Shown in pieces: positions 1 through 12,700 of a stretch of DNA of 64,000 bases (the first letter of the stretch is position 1; each line of letters starts with the position of its first letter). The notes beneath the pieces are model-generated. The model was not told the origin of the DNA and searched no databases. It worked only from the letters and a program-made list of their open reading frames with translations. Location of the stretch: NCBI GenBank assembly GCA_036172245.1, contig JAYWIR010000015.1:2852001-2916000 (forward strand), read 5' to 3'. This DNA comes from Raillietiella orientalis (lineage: Eukaryota). Made by a program: the position numbers and the translations under genes.

Positions 1-1350
1 GCCTACCCTATAAAATAACCAAGTTAAAAAATCTCGGGATTTGTGGAAGTGTTCCGCCGTAGGAAAAGTTTGCACTAGGGTACGGCTGAGGGACCACAGG
101 CCGGACCTATTTATCAGCTCTATTCCGAAGCTGATGAATCAATTATTCCTTCACCAGAATGACTGTGGAAGATTTTATCCACTTGTCCCCAGCGAAACAA
201 TGGTAAGGGGTGTGGTAACCCTGCTTTTGCGTAAGGCAGATGCGTCCGCTAATTCACGCTGCAGAAGTATTCGCTCCCTTTTTGTCTCTTTCCAAGGAAG
301 CTCATTCCCGCTTTCCAAGCAAGTTTAGGGGCTGGAAAGCACCAGAGCAACACAAAAGCGTGCCTTTGGATCTCTCACGGTAAGCTGTGCGCGTAACAGG
401 GATCATCAAAGTGATGAGAATATCATGAATCATTAACAGGCAATCATCAGAGGTATTCCAACGTTCCCACACGAGTAGGCTAGCCTCGAGAGATCTCTTC
501 CACATGTGGCTTCTTTTTTCTTTTCTTTTCTTTTGGGAGGGGGAGGGAGGCTTGCAGATTGCTTCGACAACTGTCGAAGGCCGGAGGATGCCTCTCATCT
601 CCATCACACTAATCAAGCACACAAGGAACATTCATAATTTCATTTCTGAAAGAGGAATCCATCTTCGGGAACAGATTTGATAACTGGTGTAAACTTCGAT
701 TAGGTGTGGGAATTCCAGTGAAACCAGGACTGTCACCCGTCCGCAGACGGAACACGGAAAATCAATGATAATCATCAACAGCTGGCGCCCGCAGTGCGTC
801 CTGGCAAACGCCTGCTACGGAAGTGCAGCACAGCCAACCGTGCCACGTGATCTTTGGCCAAACAGTGGCGCCACCTCCGGTGACGAACGCAGATCTGAGG
901 AACGAACACGAAAACGAAAGAAAGAAAAAGAATGCGCTAATGGAATTAATTTTTTGGCTCATTCAATTTTGCTCGTCTTGCTGCCGCTGCTGGCAACTAC
1001 CTTCCCATCGGTGAAGTGGATTTGTCTGATCTAATCCACTCATTAAGGGTGAAACTTTTCAAACCTTCAATTGTATCCAGGCGGACTTGGTCGCAGCCGT
1101 GGCTGCAGAGTTCCCGTCTGGAAGAGTGGAATCACGTTGCCCCATACGGAACCGCGTTGGTTCAAGACCTTACGCGGGTTCCCACAATTGGGGGGGGAGG
1201 CGGGTGGATGGGGGAGGATGCTGTCCAGCTGTCGGATATCGGAGTGGCCTCTGCCGACGCCCGCTGCTCCCATACCGTTTTCCTCTTGCAGTTCATTCAA
1301 ACGGGGATGAGAAGATTTTTCTCTCTCTATCCCACTGAGCTTCTTTTCCA
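1..1350 (+). mobile_element. Degenerate L1/Tx1-like LINE ORF2 (RT and post-RT), running off the window start
   Basis: RT motif remnants in order across frameshifts: DHRPDLFISSIPKL (~92; YRPISL..K), PLDLS (~365), GGCLSSP (~585; QGCPLSP), SADG (~740; FADD), INFLAHSI (KYLG), RVKLFKPSIVSR, and LTRVPTIGGGG (P...GGLG). Confidence 0.5.
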
Positions 1351-2199
1351 TAACATCCCCACTCTGCCCCCGTAAGGAGGAAAACGAGAAAATACTACCC
1401 ACCTCGTCCCGCACCCTTCCCACCCACACCAAAAAAAAAGTGAAACTTGGGGGAAGGAGTTGAAAGAAAAGGAAAAAAAACTCAGACACATAAGCATCGG
1501 GAAGTCATTATCCTGGAGCAACAGACTGCATCAGGGCCATGGATCCAGGTGGCTCATAGGATCCCTGGTAAGAAGAATGCTCCACGATCTGATAACAGCC
1601 GGACAGCGCCATGCAGAGAGGATCGCGAGCTTTTCTTCTCTTTTTCTTCCCCCGATCGCATCTCGCGTTTGCTATGGAAACCTCTCGTGCGCAGATCCTT
1701 CGACTGGGAGCAAGCATTTCAGAAGTACCGGGAGGGATGAGATGTATCTGGCAATAACTTGATGATCAGGCTCCACATCTTCTCCTGGCTTCTGTCCACG
1801 GTGACTCGCAGCATCCTTCATTAAGCCCCAATTCAATTTCTCTGACCTTACTGTTCCTCTCCAGCGGAAAGATCGAGATCCTGACAATCTCATTTGCAAG
1901 ATGGAGTGTTTTGAATCATCTTCGCAATGAAGGTTCTCTCCTTCCCGCATATTGGGGAAACCTTCCCGAAAAAATTAATCTTCCCGGGCACTTGCACGCC
2001 GTGTTATCGAGAGGAATAAGGAAAACGAAAAGTGTAGATGCCGGAAGATCGGTGTCGTCGGGAAACAATGGTCGCGAGGGAAGTCCCGAGGGATCCCGTC
2101 CCTGGCAACCACCTCCGAGTCCGAGAGAATGGGAGGGGTCCACTCTTCTCTCGTTAAGCTCCCTTTCTTCCGCGGAACAAGACGCTCGTTAGCAGGTGG

Positions 2200-4610
2200 T
2201 TGGAGCCCTTCTTCCTCAGCGGGAAGGGGCAAGCGCAGATGATGATGTTAAGAGCCACTTGAGAAGTGATGGGAAATGAAGCCTTCTGATGGCGGAAGAT
2301 GACAGGAGATGAAAAGCGCCTCGCAGCAAGCGGAGTCCTTCCTTTCCCTCCTCTCGCTCTCTCTCCGAACGAGAGACAGGAGAGCAGAAAAGATCAGAAT
2401 ACGCAGAGAGAGGTCAGCCATCTCCGCTGCCTTCCTCTTTCGAATGCTCCCTCATTCTCACGATTCTCCAAGACGATCGAAGGAACAGGTGCTAAGCCAA
2501 GCTGTCCTGTAGATCGCCTCGAAGCATTATACGTGGCTGCCCTCACCCTGGCCCTGGACCTCAGGATCGGTTACACGTCCTTCTTTCTGGAGCTCTCGGA
2601 GTGGCGTTTGCACCTTGACAACCACGCAGCGTTTTTGGACAGTCCATGAGCATCCCCCTTCCGGAGGAGCGCTTCCTTTTCGAGCGAGGATCCTTCGGCA
2701 GGCTCTGAGAACTCGAATTCCACTGCCCAAGTGGTTAGAGATCCAGGAACAGGGGGTAAGAGGGGAGGCAATCTGTTGAAATGGAGTAAGGGTCAGAGGA
2801 TAGAAGGGAAGAAAAATGTTTGCACCGGCTGCTCTCCAAGAGGGCCAATCAGACAGAACCATACCGGAGACACAGTGGCTACAGCCGTCTTGGAAAAGGC
2901 GAACACTTCGCAGCTGCCATTATCCCCCCTCAGGGCAGCCGTTTGTTTAAAGTGGTGAACAAGCATGCAAAAAATAATATCAGGATGATGCTTTGCCTCG
3001 AGCTTTTGAACGTAAAGAGAAAAGAGTCAGTGAATTCAGTGAGCTCAACAGAGAGTAAGGATTGGAAGGTCAGTTAACACTTTGTTTCATTTCAGTCTTG
3101 TTGGTAAAGGAAGTGGAAGAGGATGGCAACAGCCATGATGCTTTCGTAGAGAGGTCTTGAGTCGAACTGCCCAGCCCGTTTCAAGCTCGCGGCCGGGCTG
3201 GTCAGGCACTCTGATGCCCGACGCCTCGAAAGTAAGTATGAGTTTTCTGCTTGATCTGGAGGATGGCGACCCTAATCACAAAGGTGATGAAAACTCCGCA
3301 GGGAGATGCCGATCGTGGTTACCAAGAGTTCCCAAACGAGTTTCTGGTCAATCGCGATCCTCTAAAGAACGACGCGCTGTCTACTTTCAGACGAAGCGCA
3401 CCTCTTTCTTTTCAGCGTCATGGTACAGCTCTTTGATGGATTCCAGTGAGCATTGTGGCTTTGGGAACAAAATCTGGAGACCAAAAACCTATGTTGGAGA
3501 CATGTTGCAAATTGGTCGCCAGCGGCGTTTCCCTCCTACTTGAGGAAAATCTCTCAACGTCCCTGGATCGTGAAAACACTCCCATCTTGCAATAGAGAAT
3601 ACGACAGCTTTTCTTTCTTTCTACGGAAAGCAGTGTAACAAAAGCATGCTACGTGGAAGCTTGGAAATGGGGACGCTTCAGGAGATGGGACGCAACTCAT
3701 CACGTAGCCGACGATCTTCAAGCAACTGTTGACAGTGCGCTCAAAGTAGTGACAACCAAGGATGCAGGGATGCTCTGCATCTTACACTTTTGTCATCAAA
3801 TCACTGCTGTCTCCATCCCTCTCCATGTAGCTCCCAAATTGCATAGGGCCGGAGCTGCAAAGCGTGAATTCACTCTCGAGTTTGCTTCACAAAGATGAAG
3901 CAAAAAAAACTCCTTGTGTAGTTCACACGTTTCACAATATGGACCGCAACTTCGGAACGAATTTCCTTCAGCCCATTCCACTACTGTTGACGGACGCTTC
4001 AATGTGAATAGCCCTGCGCGTTTTCCGAGTCGATTCCCGGCATGAATATTGTACAAGTCCAGTGATTCACCCTGACTGGAAGATTCAGCCACAGGACCCG
4101 CGAGCTCTGGAAGCATCGAGCGAGCAATACGTGGCGCCTGAACACCGGAGCCAACATCCGCGAGGAAATGAAGAAGGACACGTAGGATGACCTGATGTGC
4201 TACCACAGAGGCACCCTGAGTGGCTCCAGACTGAAGCGCCGGACAGGCCACGACGAACTCCGCAAGGCACGTGGAGACAAGGAATCCCAGCTCCACGTTC
4301 TCACCTATCCGAGGAGGCGGCAGGATTGGGCAACTCTGAAGGCGGCGGGAATGTTTCAAAGTAACAGAAACGTTCCCTGATACAATCCCATCACCAGCAT
4401 CTCCCTCTTCCTCACAAGCATCGTGATAAGAAGGGCAAAAATGCGGAACACAGACGCACTGATGCCTGAGACGACCATCCCACGAGGAGTATTGAAGGAA
4501 ACTGGGATCAGGAATTGTGGCAGATTACCCTCCTGGACATACCGCTGCATCTTGATGAAGATGGTGTATGTTGCCCAAGTGAGTGGACTGCCCACCAGAC
4601 CCCAGTGACT
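2200..4610 (+). mobile_element. Degenerate L1/Tx1-like LINE ORF2, RT through the C-terminal CCHC
   Basis: HLRCLPLSN (~2420), ALDLRIGY (~2551), ERG-LRQ...LE...NGVRVRG..KMFA (2680-2826), KWKR..., IWR...KTPQGDADRG (~3253-3318), and a decayed CCHC LRKARGDKESQLHVLTYP...W (4258-4330). Confidence 0.6.
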
Positions 4611-5299
4611 GACCTCCTCCTCAATAGACGAAAATCCTGAACATGAGAAACAAAGAAAGCGGCACTCGGTGAAATTCTGTGTGCAGAAACACTTGACAGA
4701 GGGTCTGCGGAAATGTGCGATTGTAAGAACTGTTGAAGGTTGTCAAATAAATTTACCCTGCCTCAGGTCGGACTGGGGACAATCCAGCGACTGACCCCTT
4801 TTCCCACTAACTTTGCCCGCATGCCGCTGGGGAAACAAGCATGCCGCACACTGTTGATCGGATGCGAGGGAAATGCAGGATTCGAAAAAGATGCTTCTCG
4901 GATGCTGCAGAAACGAAATCTGAATCAAGAGAAATGCGAATCCAGTTGTCTGGAACTGCTGCTCTTACCACTGGGATGGAGACGAAATGGAGACGTAACC
5001 GTGTTTTACGGGCGTCCTACGAAACAAACCAGAAAAGCAAATGATTGGGTGCAGTTTTCGCTCCATCCGATCATTGAATGGAAGGTGAAAGAAAGAAAGA
5101 AGGTACTAAACATGCGCAGCTACTCTGCATCCTGTTGCACCTTTCAGCAAGACGTTGCCAGTCTCACTCCCAGACAGCGCAAACGTCAATAAGCTTGATT
5201 AAACGATGGGATTGATTCAGAAAAATGATCGCGCTGAAATATCCATTGGGTTCCTTCTCGAAAGTAGGGAGAGGAAGAAAAGAGCGCGATCGAGTGAGG

Positions 5300-6300
5300 A
5301 GTCAGTCAAAGGCTGGTGCAACGAAACTGGGAATCCTTCCTAGTTTCGTTGTACCAAGCGGGGTTTCTTTCACGCTTGGGGAGGGATCCCCCCCGGATGG
5401 GGGGGATGGTACCTTCCACCCTGGTTGTCTCCGAAGGGGAACTTTTCCATTGTATCTTCGGCGCTCATTTTTCCTCTCCATTTCATCTTCTCCGAAGGGA
5501 ACCCGGAAAGGATCCGCTAGTAGGAATTTCTTCTCCGGAGGGAACCCGCAAGGGAACCCGTTCCTGTTCTCTCCTCTGAAGAGAACCCCGAAGGGACACT
5601 TCCGAAATTCAGAAGGGACGTCTCTGCATTCTCTGGAGAGGTGGTGGCGACACATCTACTCCATCAGTCCGACACGGAATGGGAGGTCCTCCCCTCCACA
5701 ACCGGAGGAGAGCTCCCACTCTCGTGATTCCTGGAAGAACCCGGAGGTCGACTTCCATCTGTCCCGTCCCTCATCGGGGGGGCATCCGGTTCTAATGTAT
5801 CTCGATCTGTTTCGCTCCCTGATGCCGTTCCTTGGAAAGCGAGTCGCGGTGCAACATGTAGACGTCGTACATGTCCCGTCCCTCCTCGGCAATGTCCTCT
5901 GTAGTTGCCAACCAGTTTAACGATCCCCTTGGAAAAGACCGCACCCTCCCTGTGGTGAAATGTTTCCCGATTGCTGGAAGAAGGGAGGTTTTTTCTCAGA
6001 TGCGCGAGAGTGGTCCATGACAGAGAGCGCTGGGTCCGAATGTTTTGCCTTTCGAAGAGTGACCGCTTCCACCTCGGGTGCTCGATTTCCGGTGTGTGGG
6101 GACCGCAGAGCTCGAGATGTCCCGAGTTTTTGCTTCCGCTCGCCTGTGGTTTGGAAGAAGCGTCGCCGCACGGGGAACCCTCTGGAGGGGCAGCAGCAAA
6201 CGGCAGTCTCGGCCGTGATGATTTTTGCAGCCCGACACCGGATTCCCCGTTAGAGATCGGGGGAAAAAATCTCAACGTAGCGTGGATGGTCGTCACCGCA
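5300..6300 (-). mobile_element. Degenerate L1/Tx1-like ORF1 (RRM-like region, zinc knuckles, C-terminal ~42-bp repeats)
   Basis: ORF 5664-6296: LPFAAAPPE...LELCG...NIRTQR...LRKNLPSS...VFSKGIVKL..HCRGGTGH resembles Tx1 ORF1. Homologous DNA at 9185-9530 and 63236-63440. Confidence 0.5.
5487..5600. repeat. Three degenerate 41-43 bp tandem units (CTYCTCYGRAGRGAACCCSNAAGGG-like)
   Basis: Units start at 5487, 5530 and 5571. The same motif occurs at ~9253 and 63345-63415. CTGGTTGTCTCCGAAGGGGAAC is identical at ~5421 and ~63338. Confidence 0.75.
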
Positions 6301-6879
6301 CTCCTTCGCTCCCTCTCTCTCCCTTAACGAGGGACAGAACGCGGAGCGTTTGGATTCGTTTGCTTTCTCGAGGAGCGAGTGGAATCAATTAAACAAGGAT
6401 TTCTCAGAATAGCTCAGTGAGGATCTTGTTCACGAATCTTGTCATGGCATGGTTTCTCGGCAACGGCGAAGCGACTCGAAGGAAAACAAACGACTTTTGT
6501 ACACAAATTGACTACGGCAATCAGTAGGAAGGTAATGAATGCACGGAATCTGGCTTCCGCGGAGATTTTACTCGGAGGTGATTGATGGATATGTGATTCA
6601 TTAAGGAAACGAAATTGCGTTTCGACGTCTCTTCCTCTCCTTGCCCTTTGCTGGAGTCGGCTCATCGTCGTTCCGAAGGACTGAATGAAGTAGGCCCGAG
6701 TCGAAATTGGAAGCATTTCAGGAATTCATCTCCGTGGCATGCACGTGAATTACGTGGACGAGGTAACAGATTCCCTTCCCCCTCCCTCCTCCCGTCTACC
6801 TTTCATTGGAAACGTGCATGTGCGGGAAAACGGCAAATCCAGAGAGGAGTCCTCGCGGTTGCAGAATCGAGAGAGATCG

Positions 6880-7749
6880 GTGTTGACTCGGAGTCAGGGC
6901 GCGAAATTTGCCGGTAGCCTCCAAGGGGGAACAGCGAATTGCGTCTCGTGGCCAACACACAACACGCAACACGCAAAACCGTTCTTGCAGCACGGCGTCG
7001 TCGCTGTTCGAAGGGAACCAGAAGAGAAGACGTCCAGTTTGCAGGTGAGGGACCTCGAGGAGGTCAGGAATGGAAGCCGAACCCGCTGCCTGTTCATGAA
7101 GAAAATCACTTGGGTCATGAGGAAGGGCGAACAGCCCGGAGCAGAGTATGAGGAAAGGTACTGAGACCAAAGCTTTGGGTCACAAGAACACTGCCACGGG
7201 GGATTTGGAGACCGAGGTGTAGCCATCGATTGGCGGGCAACCGGAGAACTTTGTAGTTTTGCCCCATTTTCCAGGTACCGAGATGGATTTTGAATATCCA
7301 AATGGACCCGTGCCTGACTAATGGCTCTGAGCTCATACAGCACAGCTGATGGATTGCGCGGAGACATCGGATGTGAGCGCCATCCGGGGGAAGCATTCAA
7401 GCGGCAGGAGGATGACATTCTTGTCGAATCAGCCGCCTAGCAGACAGCACGCTGATCGCATTCCCCGTTCCTCCTACAGAGCCAGATCGACTCAACCCGG
7501 CGCTACGGCTACGAACGAGGACGAGCACGCCCCTCCGGGGGCGCTGGCACCGGAGGTCCCTCGCTGGCTCCAGCACGGCAACGGGAAGATCCGTTGTTTC
7601 GTTCGCTTTTGCGTGCAGTCGCACGAAGGGCTTTGCCGCGAGATGGTCATCTCGACGGTGTTCCCCGTCCTCAGGAGAAGACATCTCTGAAGAGCTTCGC
7701 ATAGCCCTCCAGCTGCTCCAAGAGGAGTTCGCTCCAATTCGCGCGTGGT
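6880..7749 (+). mobile_element. Degenerate LINE RT C-terminus and post-RT segment
   Basis: GSLQGG (~6913), CLFMKKIT (F.DD-like, ~7087), RY(L)GWIL-like (~7273), TNGSELI (NW..), and ISRLADSTLIAFPVPP. Cut at ~7750 by the next element. Confidence 0.4.
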
Positions 7750-9634
7750 TTCTCACCCGGGTGCGCCGCGGAGTTTATTTCGTATCAAAAGTAAACAATC
7801 ATAATCTCTGTGGCTGGACAATGGTTTAACCACGTGCAATTTGGCGGTAACCTGCCAGGTTACCAGTACGCAGACCGATGAGGTCCGCCACGGCAGCAGA
7901 GGGGAGAGTGCAAACAAAGTGAAAAAGAAACAAAAATAAAAATAAATTAATTAATTAATAAACTTGGGAGGGTGCGAGAAGGGATCACGTCCTGCTGGGG
8001 GTGGTCCTCTGCATCCTTTCGAGAATGCCGGCAAGCTCTTGCTGCATGCAATGCTTCAGGTGGGACCATCTCGCTGCCATCCACATGAATCGGATGGCAA
8101 AGTGGATGGCATCCCGCTTTCGTTGTGCTGTTCTCTTGCATCACTCCAGGCAGCGTTTCCCGCGCCTGGCACAGCTCGGGTCCACACATCCCGTGTCCAG
8201 TGATGCCAGTGGATGTTGCACGGGAGACCCTAGTTTTAGCTGTTTTAGCTAGTTGCACGGGAGACCCTAGTGCGACAGCAGCAGCGCCGATTCCTGCCAC
8301 TTCAGTGGGAGGGTGTGCATGTCCAAAAGCACTGGGAGCCACTACAGGTCTTCCTCAGGAGCACCTAGTAGCTCGCATCAGAGCAAATGTCCTCGGGGAG
8401 GAGTACTCGGCTCTGCATCGTCCGTAAGCTGGACCGTCGTCCACTCACCCAATCCTTTTCTCCTTCCGGAGATGTTCACAGTAACCTCCCATCTAGTCGC
8501 AAGCCTGCTGCCCATATGTTTCCTCAGGGAGGAAAGCGCTGGGGCGAGGGAGGTTCTTCCTGACCACGCACTTATTTCAGGATGCTGAAGGATCTCGCGG
8601 AGCGTGCAGTCGTTGTAGGGCCCGCACAGGAAATCTTGTACCTGTTGCAGGCATCGCATCTGTTACGTGGTTGGCTCCTAGATCCTTGCCCATGTGAGAA
8701 CGGTTTCCTGCAACCAGGCACTAGCTTTCGAGGGGAGGCAGAAGATTCAGTCGTTGGTCCTGGTCAGCTTGGCCACTCTCCGGAGCTCCAGTCCGCAGCT
8801 GGACATGTTGCGTCCGCGCTGCCGCGCCAGGAACAAAGATAGTCTCATGTAGCCGGTAACTCTCTTGACCAGGTATCGTGAAGGCTTGCGCCAGTTCGTG
8901 CTCCAAAACTTCTCCACTAGGGCTCTGGAGAAGTGTCCTTTACTGGAGCTGCCGTTCCAGGCGTTCCAACGTCAGGAGGCCGAGGACTTCGTCGCGACTC
9001 AGAGCTCACAAGTCCTTCAGGCGGACTCGGGCCTCCCTGTGCTCCACAGGGCGATTCTTAGGAGGTCCTTCGTCTGCCTTTTAATGCTACTCGGTGGGGG
9101 GCAAACCAAAAGCAGGAGACGGGAGACGGGGTCACGAACGTGTTCCACACTGCTGCCCGTTCCGGTTGCCTCGGTCTGGTTGTGACCGAAGAGAACCTCT
9201 TCCTGGTTCTCTCTGGTTGGATCCCCCGTAAAGGACCAATTCTCCTCGTTTCCTCCTCTGGAGGGAACCCCAAAGGGAAACCTTCCCAATTTCTCTGGAG
9301 GGCGCTACACTCTGGAGAAGTGTCAATCCACCAGCATCTCCAAGACGCGCGATGGAGGGTCTCCTCCCCCCCTCGAGAGGGGAATACGGCTTCCCTTTTA
9401 CAACTCGAGGGGAGCGAGCTCCTTGATTCCTGGACGGGCCTCGGAATCCCGGTCACTCAACGGATGCTTCCGGCTTCCACCACCGCACCCGGAGCGTCTG
9501 GTCCTACCTGCGTCATCTTGCGGGAGGAACGCGAACCCGCAGCGCGCTTGGCGCCGCGAGCGCGAGGACCGTAGACCGTGCGTCCGCCCACGAGAACATC
9601 CTGGAAGCGGCCGAGCGTGTCGGCGCCCTGTCCA
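7750..9634 (-). mobile_element. L1/Tx1-like LINE copy: ORF1 piece (9634-9185) fused to post-RT ORF2, zinc finger, 3'UTR and 3' end
   Basis: ERAAVWNTFV../VCPPPSSIKRQTKDLLRIALW/ARVRLKDL*ALSRDEVLGLLTLE is a typical Tx1 post-RT block. It aligns in frame with 19156-20077 (LKWQESALLL, AGILERMQRT). T-rich 3'UTR, stem-loop and AATAAA at 7779-7774. Confidence 0.75.
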
Positions 9635-9749
9635 CCGGTTGCCTCGGTCTGGTTGTGTCGGCGCCTCCCTTTAGAGAGAGAGCGCACGCGCCAGGACGGA
9701 TCCCCGGGGCGCGTCCCTCCCTCTGGTGAGCTCAGGTGCGGCGGCTGCA

Positions 9750-12700
9750 CGAAGGAGCGGAGTCCTGCAGCTCGGCCAGGACTCCGGAATTTATCGCGGA
9801 AAAATTTCATCCGGGTGGATGCATCCAGCCGATGAATTATTCCCGATATTTTTCATCCCTCCTTCCCCGAGCGGTGCGAACGGCGGACCCGGCGAAATCC
9901 TGCAGCGCGATTCATTGCTCACGGGAGGCTGCAGGCACCACTTCCCGAGAGGAAGCGCGGAGGAGGCTTCTGTGTGCGGCCGCGGACATCTGGGGAAGGA
10001 AAAGGGGGATCCTGGGGAGTACCCAGGCTGCTCTCATCGAGAGGAGGAAGAGGGGGGGAAGGGCTGGAGGAGGACGGGTTCGTTCGCATGGCTCGGGCAG
10101 ACGGCGCCTGCGACCCCGCCGGATCAACGAGCATCCCTCGCGAAGTCCCGTGACCTGCTGCTGACCTATGGGGTGTAGAGGGAGAAAAAGGAGGCAGGAA
10201 GAAGGCATCACCTCCGTTTCGCTTCCCAAAGGCTTCTTAGGCGGCGCTGCAAACACTTTCTCCTCCGGCGGAAGCACCTGGAGAGCGGGAAAGTGGTCTC
10301 ATACGATGAGGATCGTATCGTATTACCTCTCGGTCACCTTCCCGACAAAGACTGTTCATGACGACGTGAACCCGAAGGGTTTAAGAAGCCTCTCCCAGGA
10401 ACAGGATCTGCACTGCGATCTCCAAGGTCACACACGAGAAGGACGCCGCCTTCTGGGAGACCGAGGTTGCCACGTAGGGGACGGGAGCATTCGTTCCGGC
10501 ACCTTCGTTTCACCTTCCGATGCGTGGCTCCCCCTATGAGCAGGACGGCAAGGAACAGAAAGGAAGTTCCAGAAGGAACGACCCCGGACCCCGTGTCTCC
10601 GCAGAGCCACCGCTTCACCCCGCCACCCCCCGCGCCCTCCCCGGACGGGGGCCCCTTCTTTTCACCCGGAACGTAGCACCGCTCTGCGCGCCAACTCTCC
10701 CCACGGTCCACTCCCAACTTCCGGGCTTCCCAGCTGCCATTCTAGGACTGTACGTGCCCTCCCAGAGCCCGAATCGCCGGCTCTTTGTCTGGTTCGTTCC
10801 CGCGGTCTGGCAGCCAACGAAGTCTGCTGCCCGCGCTCGGGTCCTTTGGAGACCTATTCGCTGGGAACGCGGGGACGCGGCGAATCCGATCCCCGCCCGC
10901 CCCCTCCCGTTTGGTTCTGCCGCCGCCGTCACTCGGGAGAGCAGTGGGAGGAGATGGACAGCTGGATCTTCGCCGCAGGAAACCCCTCGGAGCGCTCGGA
11001 AGACGCGCGGAGGTCCCGCTTGATCGCTCATCCCCTGTGTCGATCTGCTCTACCCGGCTACCCTTCTCCCGGCGGATCCCCCGGAGCCGAACCTGCACTC
11101 GTGCCCTCCGACAAGGATTCCCGGTGCGCACCCCCCTCCCTTCCTTTCTTATTCCGGAGGGATGGCCGAGGGAGGGGAAAGGCCTCCTTACGGTCCAGTC
11201 GGTTGCCAGGGTCCGGGAGTGCAGGACGTGAGGACTCTTTGTTTGCTGGTCCCCGCCCATCCTCTTCGCCATCGAGGTCCTCCCAGGTGCCCTCCGGCAA
11301 GGAGAGAGGAAGGAGGGGGTGAGGTGAGCGAGGTGAACTCCGCTTTTTCCCTCCGGATGCGGGGCATTCCCTTTGCTGGTCTTCCTCCGCCTTCCCGTCC
11401 CTCCTGAAAGATCCGGGCGCGTTTCCCCTCGACAACAACTAGTCGCCAGGGAAAGGAGGTAGGAAGACTCGGGAAGAAGGAAGGAAAAAAAAAAGAAGCC
11501 AGGAGCTGGAAGGACACGGAGGACGACCCCGCCGCGAGTTGTCGAGGGCAGCGACGGGTAGAGAGGGACTCGCAGCATCATGCAGCGCTCTCCCGACCCT
11601 CTGAGGCGCACCAGCCTTTCCCCAAGGAGGGGCCGGAGGAGGAAGACGGAAGTGTCCGTTCGCTCCCGTTCCTGGAGCGCCACCTTCTCTTCTTCCTCTT
11701 CCTCTGTTCCTCCTCCTCCTCCCTTCCTCCCTTCCTTCCCCTCCTTTTCCTCTCTTCTTCTTCCTCCTTCTCCTCCCTTTCTCCTCTTCCTCTTATCTTT
11801 CCTCCTCTCCTGTCTTCTTCCCCGCGGCTTTTTCCTCTTTGCCTTCCGGGTATCAGCACGCGAACCGGGAAGAAGCCGATCCAGTGGCTGAAGGGCATGC
11901 CTCCCCTGCGTCCGTCCGGATACGATCCCGCGTGGAAGCCGGAACTGGGAGACCCTCTCCTGAGGGCTTTCGGGATCCCAACCGGAGGGGGGGCCGGGTC
12001 CCCCCCAGAAAGACAAGAAAGAGAGCTGACCAAGAGGCAGGGGAAAAAAGAGGAAGGGCAGTAACGAGTTGGGGAGGAGGCGACTGCTTCTGCCGGGCTC
12101 CCTGCCGAGTTTTCGACCACCACCCTTGCGGGACGCTCACGCGCAACCTCTGAAAGTGGGGAGTCTCCCGGCTTCCCTTTCCTTCCGGACGCTTTCCTCG
12201 CCGTCCGCTGGCTATCCGGAGCAGACCAGATATTTTCGATGGGATTTTCCCGGCCCACCCGGAGCACGAGCGGGTTCAGCGCCATTCCTGTGATCCTCGA
12301 GGGATTCTCGGAGGCACCGGTGATGGAAACAAAGGAGAAAAGGAAAAACAACGGGCCAAAGATGAAAAAGCGTCAGCAGCAGAGATACGAGCCTTCGCAG
12401 TTTCGTTCTGTGGCCTTGATTTCCCTTTCTCAGACGCGTCGTCGTCATGGAGAAGCAAAAGAAAAGGAAAAACAGCGCAGCATTTCTGTGCACGTTTTTT
12501 GTTTGTTTTTGGCGGGGACGCTCGCACACGTCGTGTGTATCCTGAGGTCAACCGAGAGAAGGCGGCGACGATCCAGATGTGGGTGGGGGGGCTGGGTAAA
12601 AAGAAAATGAAATAAATAAACGCAGTTCTCTGCCCCGATGATTCTCCCCCCCTTGGAAGGAGCAACCAAACTGAGCATATCAGCCCACGCGTGCGCGCAG

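Noticed and set aside
150..1900. Apparent small GT-AG exons on both strands
   Set aside because: No recognisable protein; ordered RT motifs explain the region.
5487..5600. CRISPR-like regularly spaced repeats
   Set aside because: Degenerate units, too-short spacers, eukaryotic context and no cas genes.
5940..6060. Plus-strand RALGPNVLP (KAPGPDG-like) RT motif
   Set aside because: The minus strand gives a longer, uninterrupted ORF1-like match.
8750..8975. R1-clade-like reading (RWNAWNGSSSKG...VTGY)
   Set aside because: Flanking motifs and homology to the 19-kb copy fit a continuous Tx1/L1-type post-RT region better.
10742..12351. Long minus-strand ORFs (424 aa, 257 aa)
   Set aside because: Products of GC-rich and CT low-complexity sequence antisense to a decayed LINE; no domain.
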